Source of the DNA: Gemmatimonadales bacterium
GTDB lineage: Bacteria > Gemmatimonadota > Gemmatimonadetes > Gemmatimonadales > GWC2-71-9
Length of the DNA: 35,479 bases
Direction of reading: 5' to 3'
NCBI GenBank assembly: GCA_044221825.1
Contig: JBGAOL010000002.1
Location: 1-35,479, forward strand
The notes under the pieces are model-generated. The model was not told the DNA's origin and did not search any database. It worked only from the letters and a program-made list of their open reading frames with translations. Positions 1-8,479 of the stretch are shown piece after piece; positions within the stretch are counted from its first letter, which is position 1; each line of letters opens with the position of its first letter. Position numbers and translations under genes: made by a program.

Positions 1-78
1 ACCACGCGGTACCTGCACCTGCACTCCCAGCTGATCGACGACGTGCCCCTTGGCCGGGTGACGGAGCCCACGGCCTGA
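1..78 (+). CDS. 3' end of an upstream gene (partial, product unknown)
   Basis: Frame 1 is open from the window edge to TGA at 76-78. 24 of 25 sense codons end in G/C, a coding-type GC3 bias. The stop overlaps the next ATG (TGATG at 76-80). Confidence 0.45.
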   Translation, partial: TTRYLHLHSQLIDDVPLGRVTEPTA

Positions 79-2045
79 TGTGCGGCATTGCCGGGATCGT
101 CCGCGCCGACCCCCGGGGGGTGGACCTCTCCACCCTGGGGCGGATGGCGGCCGCGATCCGGCATCGCGGGCCCGACGGCTACGGCTTCTACAGCGCGGCG
201 CAGGTGGGCCTGGCCCACGTGCGGCTCAGCATCATCGACCGGGCCGGCGGCGCCCAGCCGATGGAGGACGCCGGTGGCCCGGTGCTGGTGTACAACGGCG
301 AGGTCTACAACTACCGCGAGCTGCGCGCCGAGCTCCAGGCGCTGGGCCACGCCTTCCATACCACGAGCGACACCGAGGTGCTGCTCCGCGCCTGGCAGGC
401 GTGGGGCCCGGGGATGCTGGAGCGGCTGAACGGGCAGTTTGCCTTTGCGCTGTGGGACCGCGCCGAGGAGACGCTCTTCCTGGCGCGGGACCGCTTCGGG
501 GTGCGCCCGCTCTACTACGCCGAGCCGGGAGATGACCTGGTCTTCGGGTCGGAGGCCAAGGCGATCTTCGCGAGTGGCGAGGTGGCGGCGGCGCCGGACC
601 CGGTGGGGCTGGACCAGGTGTTCACCTTCTGGGCGCCGCGGGCGCCGCGGACGGTGTTTGCCGGCGTGCGGCAGCTGCCGCCGGGCCACTGCGCGCTCTG
701 GCGCGCGGGACGGCTCCAGGTCCGGCCATGGTACCGGCTGGACTATCCCTCGGCGCGCATGGAGCCGGCGGAGGCGGTGGCGGCGCTCGACGACCTGCTC
801 ACCTCCAGCGTGGCGTTCCGGCTCCGGGCGGACGTGCCGGTGGGCGCCTACCTGAGCGGCGGGCTCGACTCGAGCATCACCTGCCGGCTGGCGGCCGCGC
901 AGTCACCGCACCAGCTGCGCACCTTCTCGATCACCTTCGCCGATCCCGCGCTCGACGAGAGCCGCTTCCAGCAGGAAGTGGCGAGGGCGGTGGGGAGCCG
1001 GCACGTGGTGGAGCACATGGGGCCGGGGGCCATCGCGGGGGCATTCCCCGAGGTGGTGCGGCACGCCGAGGTGCCGCTCACCCGCACGGCGCCGGTGCCG
1101 ATGTACCTGCTGGCGCGCCGGGTGCGCGAGCAGGGGATCACCGTGGTGCTGACGGGCGAGGGGTCGGACGAGCTCTTCCTGGGCTACGACCTCTTCAAGG
1201 AGGCGGCGGTGCGCCGCTTCTGCCTCCGCCAGCCTCACTCCGCCGTGCGGCCCCGACTCTTCGACCGGCTGTACCCGTACCTGCGGGGTGGCGCCGCCAC
1301 GGGCGAGTTCTGGCGGCGGTTCTTCCTCGACGCGGGATCGCCGGCGGACCCGCTCTTCTCGCACCTGCCGCGGTTCCTGCTCACAGGGCGGATCCGGGAC
1401 TTCTACAGCGCGGAGCTCAGGGCGCAGCTGGCGGGGCACGACCCGCTGGCGGAGCTCCGCGCCGGGCTGCCGGCGGAGTTCGGCGCGTGGGCGCCGGACA
1501 ACCAGGCCGCGTACCTCGAGATGCGGACGCTGCTCGATCCCTACCTGCTGAGCGCGCAGGGCGACCGGATGAGCATGGCGCACGGCGTCGAGGGCCGGTA
1601 CCCGTTCCTGGACCACCGGCTGTTCGAGTTTGCCGCGCGGCTGCCGGTGCGCTCACGGCTCCGCGGCCTGCACGAGAAGGACATCCTGCGCCGCTGGGCC
1701 GCGTCGCGGCTGCCGGCGAGCGTGACGGCGCGTCCCAAGCAGCCCTATCGCGCGCCCGACGCGCCGGCGTTCTTCGGCGCGGAGGCGCCCGGGTACGTGC
1801 GGGAGCTGCTGTCGCCGGCGGCGCTGCTGGCCACCGGCTGGTTTGCGCCGGCGGCGGTGGCCGGGCTGGTGCGGCGCTGCGCCGCCGGCCAGGCGAGCGG
1901 CACCCGTGAGAACCAGGCCCTCGTGGCCATCCTGTCCACCCAGCTGTGGCACCAGGCCTTCGTGGCGGGCGCGGACGCGGTGCGTCCGCTGCCGCCCGGG
2001 GGCGCCGACGTGGTGCTGCTCGATCCCGTTCCCGTCACCCGCTGA
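78..2045 (+). CDS. Asparagine synthase (glutamine-hydrolysing) family amidotransferase
   Basis: 655-aa ORF. The N-terminal MCGIAG places the class-II (Ntn) amidotransferase catalytic Cys at position 2. The SGGLDSS PP-loop ATP pyrophosphatase motif (YLSGGLDSSITC) is present. Length and layout match the AsnB family. Confidence 0.9.
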   Translation: MCGIAGIVRADPRGVDLSTLGRMAAAIRHRGPDGYGFYSAAQVGLAHVRLSIIDRAGGAQPMEDAGGPVLVYNGEVYNYRELRAELQALGHAFHTTSDTEVLLRAWQAWGPGMLERLNGQFAFALWDRAEETLFLARDRFGVRPLYYAEPGDDLVFGSEAKAIFASGEVAAAPDPVGLDQVFTFWAPRAPRTVFAGVRQLPPGHCALWRAGRLQVRPWYRLDYPSARMEPAEAVAALDDLLTSSVAFRLRADVPVGAYLSGGLDSSITCRLAAAQSPHQLRTFSITFADPALDESRFQQEVARAVGSRHVVEHMGPGAIAGAFPEVVRHAEVPLTRTAPVPMYLLARRVREQGITVVLTGEGSDELFLGYDLFKEAAVRRFCLRQPHSAVRPRLFDRLYPYLRGGAATGEFWRRFFLDAGSPADPLFSHLPRFLLTGRIRDFYSAELRAQLAGHDPLAELRAGLPAEFGAWAPDNQAAYLEMRTLLDPYLLSAQGDRMSMAHGVEGRYPFLDHRLFEFAARLPVRSRLRGLHEKDILRRWAASRLPASVTARPKQPYRAPDAPAFFGAEAPGYVRELLSPAALLATGWFAPAAVAGLVRRCAAGQASGTRENQALVAILSTQLWHQAFVAGADAVRPLPPGGADVVLLDPVPVTR

Positions 2046-2056
2046 GCCAAGTCCCG

Positions 2057-2338
2057 ATGCCGACCACCACCGAGTCCCAGATCCAGGGCGCCGTCGCCCA
2101 GTTCCTGCAGGAGAACTTCCTCTACATGCGCCCCGACCTGGTGCTGCAGCCGGACGACCGGCTGCTGGCGCGCGGGGTGATCGACTCGATGGGCATCATG
2201 GAACTCATCGCGTGGATCACGGACACGTACGGCGTGGAGCTGGCCGACGAGGAGATCACCGAGGCCAACCTCGGCTCGCTCACGGCCATCGCGCGGTTCG
2301 TGACGGGGAAGCTCGGGCGGCAGGGCGCGGCCGCGTAG
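2057..2338 (+). CDS. Acyl carrier protein (stand-alone, about 93 aa)
   Basis: Internal ATG at 2057 of ORF 1946-2338, 12 nt after the amidotransferase stop. The product MPTTTESQIQGAVAQFLQEN...GVIDSMGIMELIAWI carries the DSxG/DSM phosphopantetheine-attachment Ser context typical of ACP/PCP domains. The upstream part of the ORF is Arg/Gly-rich overlap with the previous gene. Confidence 0.75.
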   Translation: MPTTTESQIQGAVAQFLQENFLYMRPDLVLQPDDRLLARGVIDSMGIMELIAWITDTYGVELADEEITEANLGSLTAIARFVTGKLGRQGAAA

Positions 2339-2340
2339 GC

Positions 2341-2367
2341 CCCGCCCGTCGTGCGTCCGGGGGCGGG
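2341..2367. terminator. Weak GC hairpin between convergent genes
   Basis: cccgccc (2341-2347) pairs with gggcggg (2361-2367) across a 13-nt loop, in the 29-nt gap between the ACP stop and the kinase stop. There is no clear U-tract. Confidence 0.2.
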
Positions 2368-5010
2368 CTAGTTGGCGGAGTCCACGGCGGCGCGCATGCG
2401 CGCCGCCCAGCCCGGGACGACGCGGAGGTAGGAGGCGCTGGTCTCCTCGGGACTCTGCAGGTAGAGCAGCCACCCGTCGCGCGTGACGCGCTGGGACCAG
2501 CCGCTGGTGTCGGAGAAGCGCGGGTCGCGCGCAAAGAACCGGGGGGCGCCGGCGGGCTCCCCGGTCACGGGATCGACCCGCACCACGTACCAGGCCACGC
2601 CCGCGCGGTAGAGCACCTCGGTGGCCGAGAGCCACGCCGGCTCCACGCCCTCGGGAGCCACCTGCCAGCGCTTTCCGGGCGCCGGAAAGGTGGTCACCAT
2701 CACGTGACTCCCGTCGACCGTCTGGTAGGCCAGGAGCCTCCCGCCGGGCGCCAGCGACCCGAAGCGCGCGTCCGTTGCGATGAGCGGCGTGGGGGCGGCC
2801 CAGCGCGGGCCGGGGCGCACCCACGCGATGGCCGCCGTTTCCCAGTTCTGCAGGATCACGGCACTCGGATCCCGGAAGTCCACCGGGTCGAGGTAGGCGC
2901 CGGCATCGCTCGAGGCGTAGAGCGTGTCGGGTGCGTGCCCGCTGTTCGGCAGGCCGCGGAGGATGGACCAGCGCCCGGCGTCGCGCACCGCGAAGAGGAG
3001 GGCGTCGCCGGCGGGGGTCCAGATGGGGTGGCGGATGTACTCGGCCGTCCACCAGGCGATCATCTGGCCGTCGCGCAGGTCGTAGAGACGGAGCTCCTGG
3101 TGGCTGGGCCCGGGCACCACGGCGGCGAGCCAGCGGCCATCGGGACTCAGGTCGAAGCGCTGGAAGGCCCCGGCCGGGACCGGGAGGAGGTCGGGAGTGC
3201 CGCCGGGGCGGAGCCGGGCCAGCCGGCCGACGCTGGCATCGACACCGGGGGCGAAGACCAGGCGGCCGTCGCTGGCGATGTCGTACTGCCCCGCGCCGAT
3301 GGGTTCGCGACGGATGCCGGAGAGGAGGGGCACCGGACGGCCCGCGATGCCCGTGGCCACGTCGAGGGGCGCGGCCGAGAAGTCGCCGTCCGGCGAGAGG
3401 AAGGCAAGGTACTTCCCCGCCACGATGCCGGGGGCGGTGCCGCGGAGCTCACTGGGCTCGGCGCCGCCACCCGACGTCAGGCGGATGTCGTGGCGGGTGC
3501 CCGTGGCCGGGTCGAGCAGGAACATGGCGCCGTTCCACACGCACACGAACTGCCGCGAGGCCGGCAGCCACTCGCCAAGGGGGCAGCGGGTGATGCTGCG
3601 CGGGGTGACCACGCGGGTGTTGAGGTCGATGGTGGCGAGCGCGGTGCCGTCGTCGTAGAGCACGAGCACGGTGTCGCGCCCCGACCAGGCGAGGCCGGAG
3701 GCGCCCTGCACGTCGTAGAGGTGGCGCGCCTCGCCGCCGGCGAGGGGCACGACCATCACCCGGACGCCGGCCAGGTACGCCACGCGCGATTCGTCAGGCG
3801 AGACCCGCGGCACGGTGCCGCCGGTGGTGCCCGGGAGGAGGCGCGCCTCGGCGGTGCGCAGGCTCCGCCACCAGAGCTCGGTGGAGTCCCCGCGGAGCGC
3901 GGCATAGACGGCAAAGCCGCCCCCCGGCGCCACGCTCAGGTTCCTGAGCGGTGTCCCGTACGCGCTCGACACGCTCACGGCGTTGAAGCTGATGGGCGCG
4001 GAGTCGGGGAGGGCCGCGTCGTAGGTCACGGGGGCATCGAGGCCCGCGCTCCGGGCGCGGCCCATCCGGAAGGCGAGGGCACTCCCCGCGATGCCGAGGA
4101 GCGCGACGGCGGCCGGCAGGAGCCAGGCGCGCCGCGCGGGGACGGGCGGGGCATCCTGCAGCAGGGATGCGGAGCTGCCCTGCCCCGCCAGCGCGGCCGC
4201 GAACTCCGCCGCGGTGGTGAAGCGGTCCGCGGGAAGCTTCTGGATGGCCTGGTGCACGGCGGCCGCCACCGCGGGCGGCACCGTCTGCCGGATGGTGGTG
4301 ACGGGTTCGGGCCGCGCGGTCATCACCTTGGCCACGATGGCCTGCGCGGTGGGCCCGGTGAAGGGTGGCTCGCCCGTGAGCATCTCGTAGAGCACGCAGC
4401 CCAGGGCGTAGACATCGGAGCGCGCGGTGATCTCGCGCTCGCCCATGGCCTGCTCCGGGGACATGTAGTGGGGCGTGCCCAGGCTCATGCCGGTCTCGGT
4501 CATGCGGGTGCTGCCCGCCTTGCTGGCGGCGAGCGCGATGCCGAAGTCGGCCACGAGGGCGCGGCCGTCGTGCAGGAGGATATTCTCGGGCTTGATGTCG
4601 CGATGGATGACGCCGTGGCGGTGGGCATAGTCCAGGGCGCCGGCGATCTCCGTGGCGATGCGCACCGCGTCGGCGATGCCCAGCTGCTTCTCCCGGGTGA
4701 GCCGGTCGCGGAGGGACTCGCCCTCGACGTACGGCATCACGTAGAAGAGCTGGCCCGCGGCCTCGCCGCTGTCGAAGAGCGGCAGGATGTGCGGGTGCTG
4801 CAGGTTGGCGGTGGTGCGGATCTCGGCGAGGAAGCGCTCGGCACCGATGACGGCGGCCAGCTCGGGGCGCAGCAGCTTGACCGCCACCCGGCGGTCGTGC
4901 CGGAGATCCTGCGCCAGGTACACGGTGGCCATGCCGCCCTGGCCGAGCTCGCGCTCGAGGCGATAGCGGTCGGCGAGGGCGGCGGCGAGGCGGTCGGGTG
5001 GGGTGGTCAC
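2368..5010 (-). CDS. Receptor-type Ser/Thr protein kinase with C-terminal TolB/PD40-like beta-propeller (paralog K1)
   Basis: 880 aa. Hanks kinase motifs are present: GQGGMATV, VAVK, HRDIKPENILL, ADFGIA, YMSPEQ. One hydrophobic segment (AWLLPAAVALLGIAGSALAF) follows. The long C-terminal region carries repeated SPDG-type motifs. Confidence 0.9.
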   Translation of the reverse strand: MTTPPDRLAAALADRYRLERELGQGGMATVYLAQDLRHDRRVAVKLLRPELAAVIGAERFLAEIRTTANLQHPHILPLFDSGEAAGQLFYVMPYVEGESLRDRLTREKQLGIADAVRIATEIAGALDYAHRHGVIHRDIKPENILLHDGRALVADFGIALAASKAGSTRMTETGMSLGTPHYMSPEQAMGEREITARSDVYALGCVLYEMLTGEPPFTGPTAQAIVAKVMTARPEPVTTIRQTVPPAVAAAVHQAIQKLPADRFTTAAEFAAALAGQGSSASLLQDAPPVPARRAWLLPAAVALLGIAGSALAFRMGRARSAGLDAPVTYDAALPDSAPISFNAVSVSSAYGTPLRNLSVAPGGGFAVYAALRGDSTELWWRSLRTAEARLLPGTTGGTVPRVSPDESRVAYLAGVRVMVVPLAGGEARHLYDVQGASGLAWSGRDTVLVLYDDGTALATIDLNTRVVTPRSITRCPLGEWLPASRQFVCVWNGAMFLLDPATGTRHDIRLTSGGGAEPSELRGTAPGIVAGKYLAFLSPDGDFSAAPLDVATGIAGRPVPLLSGIRREPIGAGQYDIASDGRLVFAPGVDASVGRLARLRPGGTPDLLPVPAGAFQRFDLSPDGRWLAAVVPGPSHQELRLYDLRDGQMIAWWTAEYIRHPIWTPAGDALLFAVRDAGRWSILRGLPNSGHAPDTLYASSDAGAYLDPVDFRDPSAVILQNWETAAIAWVRPGPRWAAPTPLIATDARFGSLAPGGRLLAYQTVDGSHVMVTTFPAPGKRWQVAPEGVEPAWLSATEVLYRAGVAWYVVRVDPVTGEPAGAPRFFARDPRFSDTSGWSQRVTRDGWLLYLQSPEETSASYLRVVPGWAARMRAAVDSAN

Positions 5011-5065
5011 GGGTGCCCCAACCTACGCCCGGGCGGGGGGCGGCGCCAGCACGGCGCACGCCCGG

Positions 5066-5959
5066 TCAGGCGGCGGGCGCGCGCCCGGCGAGGATGGTGA
5101 CGTTGTCGCTGGCGCCGCGCTCGAGGACCAGGTCCAGCAGGTCGCGGCAGAGCTGCTCCGAGGAGGTCATGCGGCCGAGGTGCTCGGCGAGCTCGGCGTC
5201 GGAGACGTGCTTGGTGAGGCCGTCACTGCACAGGACGACGACGCCGTCCCGGTCCTTGATGTCGAAGCGGGTCACCACCGGCTTCGCCTCCTCGCCGCCA
5301 ATGGAGCTGACGAGGACGTGGCTGAGCGGGGAGCTGGCCACGCGGTCGGGCGCGAGGGCGCCCTCGTCCACGAGGGCCTGCGCCATGGTCTGGTCGCGGG
5401 TCACCTGGCGGAGGGTGCCGCGCAGGAAGTGGTAGCAGCGGCTGTCGCCCACCTGGACCACGTAGACCCAGGGCCAGATGACGATGGCCAGCGTGAGCGT
5501 CGTGGCCATGCGCAGCCCCTCCTCGGCCTGCGCCTTGGCCTGCACGGCGGCGTGCGCCTCGAGGGCGGCGGTGCGGAGCGCCTCCTCGAACTCCGCCTCC
5601 TGGTCGGTCCCGGCCGTGTGGTAGCAGCGGAGGCCGGTGCTCACGTAGCTGGTGATGGTCTCGGTGGCGAGCTGGCTGGCCTCGCCGCCGGCGCCGCTCC
5701 CCACGCCGTCCGCCACGAGCATGATGGTGGCCAGCCGCTGGCCGCGGAGCGGCAGGCTCTCCACGTCCGGCAGGCTGGTGCCGTGCAGCAGCACCTGCGG
5801 GTGCACGGTGCAGAGGAGGAAGTGGTCCTGGTTGGCCTTGCGGACCTTGCCCACGTGGGTGAGGCCGAAGAGGTCGAGCTCGTCGTCGCGCGGCTTCTGG
5901 CCGGGGACGCGGTGGCTCCCGGTGAAGAGGCGGGTGGTGAACAGGTCGGTCAGGGACAT
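5066..5959 (-). CDS. PP2C-family Ser/Thr protein phosphatase
   Basis: 297 aa. GLTHVGKVRKANQDHF near the N-terminus and ...SDGL...ASDNVTIL near the C-terminus are the PP2C/PPM signature blocks. A strong SD (GGAGGAGGAG) lies just upstream on the minus strand. Confidence 0.85.
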   Translation of the reverse strand: MSLTDLFTTRLFTGSHRVPGQKPRDDELDLFGLTHVGKVRKANQDHFLLCTVHPQVLLHGTSLPDVESLPLRGQRLATIMLVADGVGSGAGGEASQLATETITSYVSTGLRCYHTAGTDQEAEFEEALRTAALEAHAAVQAKAQAEEGLRMATTLTLAIVIWPWVYVVQVGDSRCYHFLRGTLRQVTRDQTMAQALVDEGALAPDRVASSPLSHVLVSSIGGEEAKPVVTRFDIKDRDGVVVLCSDGLTKHVSDAELAEHLGRMTSSEQLCRDLLDLVLERGASDNVTILAGRAPAA

Positions 5960-6050
5960 GGGGCTCCTCCTCCGCCAAGATGCAGCACGGATGGGAGACG
6001 CGCGAGCGGTGGAGAGGGGGGCGGCCGGAATCCGGCCATGCCGCAGGGGG

Positions 6051-6725
6051 TCAGGGCGCGGTGATGTCGTCGAGGAAGCGGCGGTCCACGTAGCCGTTCA
6101 CGCCGTCGAGCAGCACCCGGTACCAGCCCTGGGAGAGCGAGTCGGAGAGCACCTCCTGCCCTTCGAGGAGCACCTGCACCACCGGGGCACCCGGGCTCCG
6201 GTCGGCGCGCATGTTGACCGTGGTGTTGACCCGGCGGCGGGCCACGCCGGCCGGGAGCGGTGCCGGGGCGGTGACGGTGGAACCCGGGAGCACCGGCGCG
6301 GGCGCGCGGGCCGGAAGCGGCGGGGGTGGCGGAGGCGGAGGAGCCACGGCCACGGGTGCGGGGCCCGCCAGCCGGGTCACCGCCGCGCTGTCGCGGACGG
6401 TGTCGCTCGCCAGCACGCTGTCCACCAGGCTGTCGGCCGGTGCCGCACGGGGCGTGTCGATGGCGATGGCCTGCTCCACGCGCTCCGGCGGGGTGGCCGC
6501 CACCGGGGACAGCGCGCCACGACTCCGCCGCACCCGGTCGATGACGACCACGGCGAGGGCCACGCCCACCACGCCCACGAGGAGCGCCACCGGGATCCCC
6601 CAGTTCTTGGACCGGGGCGGGGTGTAGTTGAACGGCTTGGGGTCGGCCGGACGCCCGCAGGTGGGACACCGGGTGGCGACGCTCAGCACGTTCCGGCCAC
6701 AGCCGGGGCACTCGATGTACGACAT
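6051..6725 (-). CDS. Zinc-ribbon / single-TM / Pro-rich / bacterial SH3-domain protein
   Basis: 224 aa. The N-terminal CPGCG...CPTCG is a CxxC-x-CxxC zinc ribbon. It is followed by a hydrophobic segment (WGIPVALLVGVVGVALAVVVI), a poly-Pro tract (PPPPPPPPLP) and a C-terminal SH3_3-like block (VNMRADRSPGAPVVQVLLEGQEV...GWYRVLLDGVNGYV). Confidence 0.7.
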   Translation of the reverse strand: MSYIECPGCGRNVLSVATRCPTCGRPADPKPFNYTPPRSKNWGIPVALLVGVVGVALAVVVIDRVRRSRGALSPVAATPPERVEQAIAIDTPRAAPADSLVDSVLASDTVRDSAAVTRLAGPAPVAVAPPPPPPPPLPARAPAPVLPGSTVTAPAPLPAGVARRRVNTTVNMRADRSPGAPVVQVLLEGQEVLSDSLSQGWYRVLLDGVNGYVDRRFLDDITAP

Positions 6726-6811
6726 GGCGATCGGACTTTCAATGCAATCCCGGTGGGGGCACCGGAGCGGGGGACGTTGCGCGGGCTGAGGAAAGATGGG
6801 AGGGGGAGGAA

Positions 6812-6833
6812 GGGACCGCTAGGAGAGGGTCCC
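6812..6833 (-). terminator. Candidate hairpin downstream of the homocysteine methyltransferase gene
   Basis: gggacc (6812-6817) and ggtccc (6828-6833) form a 6-bp stem with a 10-nt loop, 9 nt past the stop at 6842. On the minus strand it is followed by a pyrimidine/T-containing run (ttcctccccctcccatctttcc). Confidence 0.25.
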
Positions 6834-6841
6834 GGCCTCCG

Positions 6842-7711
6842 TCACTCCAGCAGTGCCTTCCCCATCGCCGCCAGGTGCCCCGCCGTGCTGCCGCAGCAGG
6901 CCCCGATGATGTGCGCCCCGCGCGCCCGCACGTCGCGCGCGTACTGGGCCATGGCGCCCGGCGTGGCGTCGTAGGTGGCGCGGCCGTCCACCAGCGTCGG
7001 CATCCCGGCGTTGGCCTTGGCGATGAGCGGCAGCGTGGTGCCCGTCGCAGCCATCTTCCCGATCACGTCGAGCATCTCGGCCGGGCCGTTGCCGCAGTTG
7101 GCGCCGAGCGCCGCGACGCCGAGCGGGGCGAGCGCCTGCACCGCCTGCTCCGGCCGTACGCCCATCATCGTCCGGCCCTTGGTGTCGAAGGTCATCGTCA
7201 CCATGATCGGGATCTCGGCCGAGACCTCGCGCACCCCGGCCACCGCCGCCATCACTTCGGCCAGGTCGGACATGGTCTCGATCCAGATCAGGTCCGCGCC
7301 GCCCTCCACCAATCCCTGCGCCTGCTCCGCGAAGCCGGCGCGGGCCTCCTCCGCGCCGAGCGGGCCGAGCGGCGCCAGCAGCAAGCCGCTCGGCCCGATG
7401 TCCCCCGCGATGAGCGCCTCCGGCGCACCACGACGTGCGACCGCCACGGCAGCACGATTCAGCTCCGCATGCCGCGACGTGAGCCCATGGCGGTCCAGCC
7501 GCCAGCGACTGGCCCCGAAGCTGTTGGTGAGGACGAGGCGCGCGCCGGCGGCGGCGTATGCGGCGTGCACACCCGCCACGCGCTCGGGGAAGTCCACGTT
7601 CCAGAGTTCGGGGGCGGCGCCGAGCTCGAGGCCGAGCGTCATCAGCGTGCTGCCCATGGCACCATCGGCGAGCACGGGGCCCGCGGCCAGCAGGTCGTCC
7701 AGGCGGCCCAT
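6842..7711 (-). CDS. Homocysteine S-methyltransferase-domain protein (MetH N-terminal-module-like)
   Basis: Internal ATG at 7711 of ORF 6842-8188 gives 289 aa starting MGRLDDLLAAGPVLADGAMGSTL. Zn-ligand Cys contexts GANCG and GACCGS are typical of the S-methyl_trans family. The 159 upstream codons of the ORF are antisense to the corrinoid gene region and are not protein-like. Confidence 0.85.
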   Translation of the reverse strand: MGRLDDLLAAGPVLADGAMGSTLMTLGLELGAAPELWNVDFPERVAGVHAAYAAAGARLVLTNSFGASRWRLDRHGLTSRHAELNRAAVAVARRGAPEALIAGDIGPSGLLLAPLGPLGAEEARAGFAEQAQGLVEGGADLIWIETMSDLAEVMAAVAGVREVSAEIPIMVTMTFDTKGRTMMGVRPEQAVQALAPLGVAALGANCGNGPAEMLDVIGKMAATGTTLPLIAKANAGMPTLVDGRATYDATPGAMAQYARDVRARGAHIIGACCGSTAGHLAAMGKALLE

Positions 7712-7816
7712 CGGTCTGTTCCAGGTCTGTGTAAGGGGAGTGGTGCGCCCGGGTTTGCGGTGCGTTCCGGGATGAGGGAATATTGCCTGCCTCCCGCCCT
7801 TCCACGAAGAGACCCC

Positions 7817-8479
7817 ATGTCCGACGCGCTGTTTGCCGCGATGCGGCAAGCCGTGATTGACGGCGACGCCGACCAGGCCCGCGCCCTCGCCACCGACGCG
7901 CTGGCGCAGGGCATCGCCCCGCTCGACGCCATCAACCAGGGCTTCGTCCCCGGCATCCACCACGTGGGGGTGCAGTTCGGCGCGGGCGAGATGTTCCTGC
8001 CCGACCTGGTGCTGGGCGGCGAGGCCATGAAGGCGGCGGTGAACGTGCTCGAGCCGGAACTCGCGCGCCGCGGCGCCGAGCGCGAGCGGCTCGGCACCGT
8101 GGTGCTCGGCACGGTGCGCGGGGACATCCACGAGATCGGCAAGACGCTGGTGCACACCATGCTCTCCGCCAGCGGCTTCGAGGTGCACGACCTGGGCGTG
8201 GACGTGAGCGTGGAGCGGTTCGTGGCGGCGGTGAAGGAGCGGCAGCCCGACGTGCTCGGGATGTCGGCGCTCCTCACCACGACGATGCCCGGCCAGAAGC
8301 TCGTGATCGAGGCGCTGAAGGCCGAGGGACTTCGCGACCGGGTGAGGGTGATCGTGGGCGGCGCGCCGGTGAGCCAGGCCTGGGCCGACAGCATTGGTGC
8401 CGACGGCTACGGCGAGGATGCCATGCGCGCCGTGACGCTGGTGCGCCGCCTGCTCGGGAAGGACGCGCCCGCCGCATGA
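7817..8479 (+). CDS. Corrinoid (B12)-binding methyl-carrier protein
   Basis: ATG at 7817 within ORF 6875-8479 gives 220 aa. It has an N-terminal helical cap (DADQARALATDALAQGIAPLDAINQG), the DxHxxG motif (GDIHEIGK), then SALLTTT and VIVGGAP, which are the classic B12-binding Rossmann signature. Confidence 0.9.
   Translation: MSDALFAAMRQAVIDGDADQARALATDALAQGIAPLDAINQGFVPGIHHVGVQFGAGEMFLPDLVLGGEAMKAAVNVLEPELARRGAERERLGTVVLGTVRGDIHEIGKTLVHTMLSASGFEVHDLGVDVSVERFVAAVKERQPDVLGMSALLTTTMPGQKLVIEALKAEGLRDRVRVIVGGAPVSQAWADSIGADGYGEDAMRAVTLVRRLLGKDAPAA

Noticed and set aside
1843-5100. 1085-aa plus-strand ORF, with similar long ORFs at 12924-15104, 22705-25773, 25950-28232, 28427-31195 and 31090-33849 (+), and at 1745-3052, 8860-10209, 10503-12146 and 11845-13074 (-)
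   Set aside because: These are antisense or alternate-frame shadows of well-supported genes in high-GC DNA. They have low-complexity R/G/A/P/H-rich translations and no recognisable motifs.
6875-7816. N-terminal 314 codons of the 534-aa ORF 6875-8479
   Set aside because: This part is antisense to the homocysteine methyltransferase gene. The corrinoid-protein homology starts only at ATG 7817.
7712-7816. Possible cobalamin riboswitch in the divergent leader of the corrinoid operon
   Set aside because: The region is only 105 nt, far shorter than a typical B12 element, and I could not find a convincing B12 box. An Rfam/Infernal scan (RF00174) would settle it.
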